Origin: Catajapyx aquilonaris
Taxonomy: Eukaryota
DNA length: 32,952 nucleotides
Assembly: GCA_000934665.2 (NCBI GenBank)
Contig: KZ538233.1
Location: 62,001 to 94,952 of the forward strand
Direction of reading: 5' to 3'
This document shows, in pieces, positions 25,075-32,952 of the stretch (positions within the stretch are counted from its first letter, which is position 1; every line of letters starts with the position of its first letter). A model generated the notes under the pieces. That model saw only the letters and a program-made list of their open reading frames with translations. It was not told where the DNA came from and did not search any database. The position numbers were made by a program, and so were the translations under genes.

Positions 25075-28000
25075 CTGTAGAAAATAAAACATGATAAGTA
25101 CGGAAAATTTCTAAAACTAACAATCTGGGCCTCTTACCTTTTCACCATTTATTACACAATCTTCTGTTAGATGCTGCACACAGAGAACAGTGTTGCAGGA
25201 GAGTCCAATATAATGAGCAGCCTAGGGATACCATCAGAGTTAGTTGTGTAATGTTACTAATTAAACATTTTATGAAACTTATTTCATTTAATATCCAATG
25301 AAATCAAAATTAGGCTATGATAACTAGACGTCAATGTCTCTCAAAGCACATACCACATAATTATTCTCTAGGATATTTTCAATGGATTGGATTGAACATG
25401 CCCAGCAGCTTAACTCACCACAGCCATAGAAGACAGAGATCTGGTGCTCCCAGTAATGACAAACATAAGGACCCTACTGTTGTCCATGGCTGCTGCTTCT
25501 AATGGCACAAGACGTTTTGTCCACTGGCTCACTTGTGGGTTGAAGTAGGTATATCCATTTTTCCTATGTACAATTTTAGTGTCATAACATGTTCACTGTA
25601 TGTACTATATCGCCCAAAAAGATAAAGACGATTTTGCATTTGACTCAAGTGCAACTTGCACTTGAATCAAATGCCAATCGTCTCTATCTTTTTGAGCGAT
25701 ATAGTACAGTATATACAGCATATCATTGTGGTTGTTTACTTTAGGATAGGGATGACAATATCTTCTCTCCAAGTAGTAGCACCACATGATCCGCCCAAAT
25801 AAACATCTCTCACTATACTGCTCTGACCATTTGTTGAGCTACTTGGTAAGCGTAGGAGCCTCATTGGTCGAGGAGAGAGTGCCCACTCTGCAAAAAAGTA
25901 CACGGATAAATTAATTTTCACTTGCTAACCATCATGGCATATCTCTTAATGTCATACAAGGGTTTTCCTTTTAAGGATGTCATCAGGTCTCCAGTGGATT
26001 CCTTGGCCTAAAATGAGTTTACAGTGTAACAGTCAGAAAGAGTGAGAAATGTTCAAGAACTAACTGGTAATGAACTAGATGGTGAGCAACATGTAGCAAT
26101 TCACACTGCACATTCAAGAATATTGCTTATTCCATCTTCCACATGATTCAGGCTGTGCCTGGTTGAGCATACCTATTCATACATTTCAGGATAAGGTGCA
26201 GTAAGGGTTGTCGAATATGTCAAAGTGCAGCCAAATGTTTGTCATCTATTATTATCCGTTGGTTCTTGAACATTTTTGTTTTTAGATTTCACACATGCTT
26301 TGGGCAGAAGAACCAACTGATGACCAGTATGACACACTAGCAAGCAATACCATGGAGAGTGCAATGGTAAATAATAGTTGATCTAGACAAGCCTTTACGG
26401 TGGCTAATTCCTACCTAGCATCCTAGCAATAGGGCAGAAAACTGTTTGGAGGAAGTTGCTGGTTTTGGTAGCCACCACGTCCCAAACCCGTCGATTCTCA
26501 CATCTCTGGTTGGTAAATTCGGCCATGATGGTACAAAACTCCTCAAAGTTTACAACTATCTCTTCAGTTTCCTTAAAGCTGCTCCTGACTCCTCTGTGGC
26601 TTGCTATTATGCTCTTCAACTCCTCCAGGGAGAGGTCCTTATTGGTGAGGATTCGAAAGGCCATACACACCTAATAAAGAGTTTCATAATGTGTGAATAG
26701 AGGTAAAATTAGAGTACGAAATATATTTAAAATTAAATACACACATCCGGTAGTGAGAGTTCCCCACTGCTTGACGTGTCCAGAGCATTAAAAGCTTCCC
26801 TTAGTTTCCTGTATGAAATAATGATAACATTAGTCTGATCACTGCCACTACACTGACGAAGCTGAAACAAAGTTGTAGGCTTACAGTAGCCTATCTCCAA
26901 GCTGCACATGGGCCATCTTGACGGGTTGAGCAAAATCTTTCAGTCCCAGTTCCTGCACGTTGAGGTTCTCTCTCAAAACTTTAGCAGTGCAATTCAGTGC
27001 CACTGAAATGTTCTCGAACACAGGGATTCCTTGCCTCTCCACCAGGTCTTGCAGGACCATCTGTCCATTTGTCAAGTCCTCAAATTCCCTGAAAATCACA
27101 AATTTTAGCCACCATGATAATTATCAAGAAATCAATGCCCTACATACTGTTGGGAGATGGGTTCTCCAAGGATCTTCTGGCCAGGACCTTCATAGCCATT
27201 GATAATGAGGACGAGTTTCCTCTGACGCCCCGAAGAGTGAGCTGCTTCGATGATGGAAGCTACTCCTCTTGTTTGGTTGTCGATCACAAAGAACAACACT
27301 GAGGCATTCTGCTTGGCTTGGTTCTCGCGTTCAATCAGTTCAGGACCCCAATGGGACACTTGCTGCAAGACAAAAATTATGTTGAGCTAAGCCCTTACAA
27401 ATGGGCATAAACAACAACTGCAAATGCATCTTACCGGGTTGTAGTACGTTATGCCCAGGCTCTTCAACATTGGGATGGCTATATCTTGCCTCCATGTGGT
27501 TGGATTACAGGATCCACCCAAAAATACTTCATACTTGGACATGCACTCTGAAAACAAAATTAATATAATATTTATACTGTACAGTAAGTAAATAATGTAT
27601 CAGTTAATTTATTACACAACTTGTACAATACTCACTCGGCATCTTCCGGTCGACCCTCTTCTTGTCAACTCCATTCTTATCAGCAAGTTTGGAGAGCTGT
27701 GCTGGCTTGGGAGCTCTGTAGCAAAAAACAACACTGTTGTAAACACTGACACCACCATCAATCGTTACAAACTCACTCTCTCTCGTAGCATTTCTTCAGC
27801 TCGGCTGCAAAAACGCAAAATTCTCCAAAGGTCAGGTAAGCTGCCGTGTTGCGGTTGCTGCATTCTCTGGCACAGTGGAGCATCTCGTAAACTGCACAAT
27901 GAGAGGGAAAAATCCGACATGTAACTCGTGCTGTGGCAGAGTAAGGTGGGAATTACATGACATAAAGCTCATAAATACTATAAAACTGCTACAGCTACAA

Positions 28001-28825
28001 GCATTCTACGGCGGGGAAATGGTGGGATACAACACTACACTTGTAATACATGCAATGTGCGTAAGTCGAATTTGGGTCCTTGAGATTTTCAGTGATCATT
28101 CTTGTTATGATTACGTAACAATATTTTCCCAGCCATCGAGTCAACCCATAATTGGCAAGTAAACGTTTCATGCATAATTACTCCACAGATGAGCTATGAT
28201 GTTTTCTTTGCGGTTCACAAAGTCAGCTGCATTTTATTTGCGTCTGTTATTCCACCTGACAGCTTCCTCGTGTCCTAGCACCGTAAATTGCACCTGTCGT
28301 GAAGGTATCATTAAAAGTACATATAAACAAACTTTATGAAGTGTAGCCACGCCTTCAGGTTGGCCATGATGTCCTACATTTGCCAGAGCTGTACTGTTCA
28401 CTGATATATCGAGCACACCTCATTTCCTTCAACTTATGCATATTGCAAGCCAAGCGGTTCACAAAAATAACAACTGATGCCAAGTAGCAATAAGGACAAT
28501 CAAAGCTATGGGACATGCTCAAGGAAGTTATCACTGTCAATAGATGGCATTCATGGCCATCCTAAAAATGTGGCCTGAGTCACCCATCCTCATATGATTG
28601 GTTCAATTGAGACATTTATCCATAGAGGGGCAATTTCAACATTTGTTTACAACGGCCATGGTTTTGTGAACAATCTATACACATGCTGACACCGAACATG
28701 CATGTGCTCGCTCACCTTGTGATTTGGACGGATACAACTCCATGTCGTGGAAAAGGTGTTGCACGTGCTCCGCCGGAATGTAGTTTGTGGATCCCACTCT
28801 CCCGTACCATGCCGCAAAGAGGTCC
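24937..28825 (-). CDS. raw: Raw-like protein (two EF-hand-like pairs and two NDT-like domains); spliced gene, 11 exons found, 5' end incomplete or starting at ATG of MELYPS
   Basis: Exons 28825-28716, 27891-27777, 27715-27636, 27547-27435, 27362-27148, 27088-26885, 26808-26745, 26670-26415, 25887-25740, 25563-25419, 25221-25138 plus terminal exon 25074-24937 join through GT-AG introns into one open frame of ~556 aa ending TAG (11 internal exons + terminal exon). Two copies of the motif V[FY]LGGSC..TTWR.DI.IP.LK..G.TY[YF]NPQVS.W, which I recognise from Drosophila Raw and its homologues. Confidence 0.88.
25138..25221 (-). CDS. raw: raw-like exon: AAHYIGLSCNTVLCVQHLTEDCVINGEK
   Basis: Acceptor tatccctag|GCT and donor AAG|gtaaga. 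84 nt, phase 0/0. Confidence 0.9.
25419..25563 (-). CDS. raw: raw-like exon: KNGYTYFNPQVSQWTKRLVPLEAAAMDNSRVLMFVITGSTRSLSSMAV
   Basis: Acceptor tacatag|G and donor GTG|gtgagt. 145 nt; aligns without gaps to repeat 1. Confidence 0.92.
25740..25887 (-). CDS. raw: raw-like exon: WALSPRPMRLL...RDVYLGGSCGATTWREDIVIPIL (start of NDT-like repeat 2)
   Basis: Acceptor ttttttgcag|AG and donor AA|gtaaac. 148 nt. Confidence 0.9.
26415..26670 (-). CDS. raw: raw-like exon: VCMAFRILTNKDLSLEELKSII...VNFEEFCTIMAEF...PIARML
   Basis: Matches ORF 26404..26670(-). Acceptor tctttattag|GTG and donor CTAG|gtagga. 256 nt; second EF-hand-like VNFEEF. Confidence 0.88.
26745..26808 (-). CDS. raw: raw-like exon: KLREAFNALDTSSSGELSLPD (EF-hand loop)
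   Basis: Acceptor tttcatacag|G and donor GAT|gtgtgt. 64 nt; calmodulin-like LREAF..LD....G.LS pattern. Confidence 0.9.
26885..27088 (-). CDS. raw: raw-like exon: EFEDLTNGQMVLQDLVERQGIPVFENISVALNC...QLGDRL
   Basis: Matches ORF 26881..27099(-). Acceptor attttcag|G and donor CT|gtaagc. 204 nt. Confidence 0.92.
27148..27362 (-). CDS. raw: raw-like exon: QVSHWGPELIERENQAKQNASVLFFVIDNQTRGVASIIEAAH...GEPISQ
   Basis: Matches ORF 27132..27368(-). Acceptor tcttgcag|CAA and donor CA|gtatgt. 215 nt. Confidence 0.92.
27435..27547 (-). CDS. raw: raw-like exon: CMSKYEVFLGGSCNPTTWRQDIAIPMLKSLGITYYNP (start of NDT-like repeat 1)
   Basis: Acceptor ttgttttcag|AG and donor CCG|gtaaga. 113 nt; family signature VFLGGSCNPTTWR. 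Confidence 0.92.
27636..27715 (-). CDS. raw: raw-like exon: APKPAQLSKLADKNGVDKKRVDRKMP (linker)
   Basis: Acceptor ttttttgctacag|A and donor A|gtgagt. 80 nt; phase-compatible with both neighbours. Confidence 0.85.
27777..27891 (-). CDS. raw: raw-like exon: YEMLHCARECSNRNTAAYLTFGEFCVFAAELKKCYER (EF-hand-like)
   Basis: Acceptor gtgcag|TT and donor GA|gtgagt. 115 nt; contains EF-hand exit helix pattern LTFGEF. Confidence 0.88.
28716..28825 (-). CDS. raw: raw-like exon: DLFAAWYGRVGSTNYIPAEHVQHLFHDMELYPSKSQ
   Basis: Acceptor ccccccctccctgcag|G and donor CAAG|gtgagc. 110 nt; the trailing G joins TT of the next exon (Val). Calmodulin-like 'MELYPSKSQVYEML' linker. Confidence 0.8.
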
Positions 28826-29187
28826 CTGCAGGGAGGGGGGGCATTCCCAATCAAACTTCCCAGCACTGCACTACTTTCTTCGGATGTACAGGGTGGCCAC
28901 AAAATCTGGAACCAGAAGATTACTGTCAAACAATTCAAGCCAAGGAGGTTCCAGAGTTCGTCGAAACCCTGTACATTACTGCAGTTAGATTGTGATGAGT
29001 GTGAAAAAATATATATTCTGACACGACCCTTCCCATCTCTGCCAGTCGCCAATCACGGTTTTATCGCTGATGAAAAGGAGGATACCAATCATTCAAACGA
29101 TCCTTCTAGGATAATGAACAAAACCCTTTCACTGAACCAGCAATTACGAACGATAAACGTACTAGGAATTAGCTCAAAAAAAAACAA

Positions 29188-31423
29188 TGACGTCACCAAT
29201 TGTATGTCACTAAAAAGTCCACAAAAACCGAAAGTTCCCCTATCTGAAAGCATGACATAATCGCTGACTTCACATTATGCAAATTCTTTCCTCACCAGCC
29301 AATTAACTCCTAACCTTTCAGTTGATTTTAAATCAAACTTCAAATTTTTCTACCACGTTTTTAGGTGGTGCCCTGTAAAAATAAAACGCCAGCAGCCCCC
29401 CTCCACGATAACCCCTTACCCTAGTAAGTTCGAATGACATCATCGTTCCAACAAGCCCTGTGCGTTTATAAATGCAGGGTTGAATAGTGGGGGTAAAAGG
29501 AAGGAGGGGCCAAGTGATGGCACAGACTGACAGCACCCAACGCCGCAGAATGGGAAAGCGTTCATTATCTTTTACTCGCGCACTGCCTTTGTAAAGTACA
29601 GTGAATGACGTCGACATGCCCTATGACATCAGCCTGCATGTCATCAACGAAGCAACATAGCAAATCATTACAATAGACGAAAACGGTTGCACTTTCAACA
29701 CGGCCATAACCGGCCATAACAATCGTGATTTATAGCAGCCAGTAAGGGGTGAAAGAACGGAAGCTGCCCTTTAAAATGACATCATGGTCTCGTTCCATTA
29801 TTTTTCAAACCTACCTCTACCACAACTGATGTCATCCCCCGAACTGCCCCTAATTACTTGCGTACATCGTTGGTCAGCCATTGTTGTCTTGCCTCACACA
29901 AGGTGCAAAAACTTTTCGTATCGTACCTGACCCTTGCTTTCACCTTGAAGGTTCAAGGTTTCAAGCAGGACGTGGGAGAAGTGTTCAACAGTTTTTCCTT
30001 CCGAGGACTCGGTAAACGCACTCCAAATGTGGAGATGACCTAGCTGCTTTTCTTGGGAAAAACGGACAATCACGGCTTGGTTACGAAAGACCAGATTTTT
30101 TAAAGCTGGGAGCCGCATTTAGCTCAGATTTTCTTCGTGGCAGAACAAGTGTCGTTAGCAGCTGGTCGTAAAACCGGCAGAAAAAAAAGTTCATGGTTCT
30201 ATGACATCATGCCAACCCAGATACATTCCACGTGCTGCACTGCTGCGCCTATTCGATCAAATAATATGTCCATGGGCACCAACCTTGAAAGCACACGTCA
30301 AATACAACAAACCAGCCTATTCAGCAAGGTGCATAAGTCAACACCAAAATGTCAGACCCAACCTGTCATCTACACCCAAAAACACCATACAAAAAAAACA
30401 AGTATATCCAGTTCTGCGGCACTCGCGACGTAACTGCAAACGACAGAAGTGGGAGAGGCCCCAAGAAACAACAACAAGGTGCCGAAGATTACCATCCTCC
30501 TCCTGCTGGGGGTTAATCTGATAGGGAGTGGCTCTTTACGTAAGATCCCCACAATATCATATCGACACATTGTACCCGGTTCCTATGGCGTGATGTTTTG
30601 GAAAGAAACTGCGCGGTAGGCGGTTCTCAAAGTGGTCTCGGGCACCACTCACCCACACTGGTACCCCCCAACCTCTTTTCTATCCTAACTCTTCTTCCCC
30701 ACTCGACCCCCTAAGCAGAGGCCTGTGACATCATGGCTAAATCGGTGGGTCCATGGCACGGAAGGAGGAGGAGAATACATACAAGCTGCCAGCCGGCGTG
30801 TGTGTGTAACATACACATACCCAAAACTGCTCCTTTCTTTGTCGAAACGACGCTACAAATAATTTAACAAATTAAATGTAATTTGTACAAATTGTGTAAA
30901 ATTAGACTGAATGCAAAAAAAATACTGCCTAATAGTCAGATGTTTGTCCTGCCTGATAGTATCGCTCAGGAACAGGGTGCGCCTGCAGAATAGTACTGCA
31001 TTAAATTACTTGTCACTATCATACTGATAGGTGTGGCCAAATTTTGGCAACGTGTACAAGTATTCATGAAAAAATATCTTTAAAAGGCACTAATCGAGCC
31101 CTTTACAGCACGAGGATATCAAGTTTCCCGCCCAACATTGTTTCATTGAATGCTGATAAAAACGGGTATTAACGAGCCCTGCCGCAGAGTACCTGTTCCC
31201 GGCAACAAAAAGGGTTATGCAGTATTCACAAACCAACCGCAACTGTCAACCTGTCCGTACACCCCGCGGGTTCATCATAAATAAATCGGCGCAAACTGCG
31301 GGAGCCACATAATAGCATTCCTTCCCGCCTTGCCCAATAGATTGTTCATCGTTTTTTAAACGACACAAAATAATTTCCCAACTATTCAGATCACTGGATA
31401 GAGGCACCCTGGGTGTGACGTCA
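29188..31423. promoter_or_regulatory. Cluster of 8 CRE/ATF-like octamers (TGACGTCA, TGACATCA/TGATGTCA) 5' of the raw-like exons
   Basis: Sites start at 29188, 29435, 29624, 29777, 29827, 30202, 30726 and 31416. The motifs are directly visible; regulatory function is inferred. Confidence 0.45.
29701..29720 (+). repeat. 10-bp tandem duplication CGGCCATAAC x2
   Basis: Directly visible. Confidence 0.9.
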
Positions 31424-32952
31424 GTGTTGATCACGTCGAAAATGGGGTTAATAAATACTAAAAGGACAGCTGGGCCAGCCAGCCTATTACGCAAGGGTCT
31501 AAATCGGCCGATGAGAGTACACATTAGTGCATGTGTGTGGCTTCCACATAACCAAACCCCAAGCTATCAGCTGCTCAATGAACGATTCGTTGTATCGCAT
31601 CCGCACACGTGACCGCAAAAACGCTGTTTACAAAACACAAGCTCATTGCCAAGGTGACGTTATATTTTTTTCGGCTTCTGCGCGGTTAGCAAATGCGACA
31701 TTTGCATAGTCAGTGCGCAGTTTTTTTTTCCCCCTGCAAGTCGTTGAAAGTCTTGCCAGGCTCATTGTGTGTTTCCATGGGGGTTCGACTGATTTTTATC
31801 GGAGAACATATACGGCACACATGTCTGCTTCTCGTATGGAGTCAAAGTACAATGTCAAGCCCACGCGTCTGATAGTCCTTCAGGTTTTAATACTTGATAA
31901 GTGCACCGAGTCATTTAAAATGCTACCTTTCCGAATGTCAAAAGTCCTCTACCATAAAGGGCATGGTCTGACATTTTCGCATGAAACTGCCAAAACTTTT
32001 TGAACCTTTTCCGCCATGTGATTTCCTACACTAAAAAACTTCCAGGAGAAAGTTTCCCGCAAGTTGCACCCCGGAACCAGGCCAATGATAAATGACACCG
32101 TGGGCAACCTTCCGAATGGCACGCGGATCAAGAAAAAAAAGGAGAGAGATAACTTCTTCCAGATCCGCCCATCATTCTTCGCCAAAATCAGGTTTCGCGA
32201 CTTAGGGAAGAGGGGCATCTGCATTGAAATCTGGGAATCTGCCAGCACACACAAAGGGCTGGGGGATATTTACAGACAAAAAGTTTAATCAATTGTGACT
32301 TCGACTATAGTCATTAATTCGTAGACAGATTCATCAATCAGTAATACAGGATCGTTCTGCATGTTTTGGCTCTTTAAAAATTGTCAAATATAACCTAGTA
32401 ATTAATTGTGATTTCTTTAAATGCCAATGACGCATTTTCTGGCACAACATACATTTGCCACCGTTTTCCGCCCATCAAATTAGCGCTCTTCATCTACACA
32501 ACGACACCCTTTGCGAACTACGATAAGCACCGCTTTACTCGGCCGGATGAGACGTCATCACCTGTGACACGGCCGCTTTATCTGGGCGCATTCCTCAGCA
32601 TCCAGAAGCATGTTTACGTTACACCCCCCTACCCTACTTATATAAAAAAAATTGCAATGTGGGCGTAGAAGTTGTAGTGCAGCAGCAGCAGCCTACCCGA
32701 TCTACTTTATCTGCAGTGTGGGCGAAAATGGCCGAGCTGGAGAAAATATACACATACTATGTATACACTGTACAGAGGACCTCTGAGCTCACTTCCGCAC
32801 CATGTACTCAATGAGTTACGCGCCGATGCAGGCCTGCTATGGACCTCTCACCCACTAGTCGCCTAGGCAAGCAACATTTTTCATAAGAAAACTGCACTTA
32901 ATGAGGAGAACACCAAACTTGGCATACATCATGCCCACACCTATTGTCAACG

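Noticed and set aside
29296..30118. Candidate first coding exons for raw (minus-strand donors near 29296, 29420, 29926; ORF 29894-30118)
   Set aside because: The 28825 exon needs a phase-2 donor, and each candidate has an in-frame stop shortly upstream in that phase. They could only be UTR exons; the true first exon is unresolved.

Overview
Eukaryotic (invertebrate animal) genomic DNA, not a prokaryotic accessory region. Two spliced genes lie in tandem on the minus strand. (1) A raw-like gene, reconstructed by hand as 11 GT-AG exons (28825->24937, ~556 codons, phases all compatible). It encodes a duplicated [EF-hand-like pair + nucleoside 2-deoxyribosyltransferase (NDT)-like domain] protein; its true first exon was not found. 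(2) The 5' end of a FAM135-family gene: first coding exon 19887->19811 ([26 protein letters not shown]), inferred leader exons and a CpG-rich 5' region near 21.7-22.0 kb. Bases 1-19810 appear to be one long FAM135 intron holding two copies of a palindromic TA-flanked Tc1/mariner-type MITE, a tRNA-derived SINE-like element with an (ATT)n tail, a perfect 18-bp hairpin and an assembly gap. Almost all ORF-track entries outside these exons look like non-coding noise. The best leads are: complementary degeneration of the two NDT-like repeats of Raw (a possible single composite active site), a dense cluster of TGAC(G/A)TCA sites 5' of the raw exons, a uORF- and G-quadruplex-loaded FAM135 leader, and a sharp CpG-depleted domain. 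All calls are by eye, without database searches.
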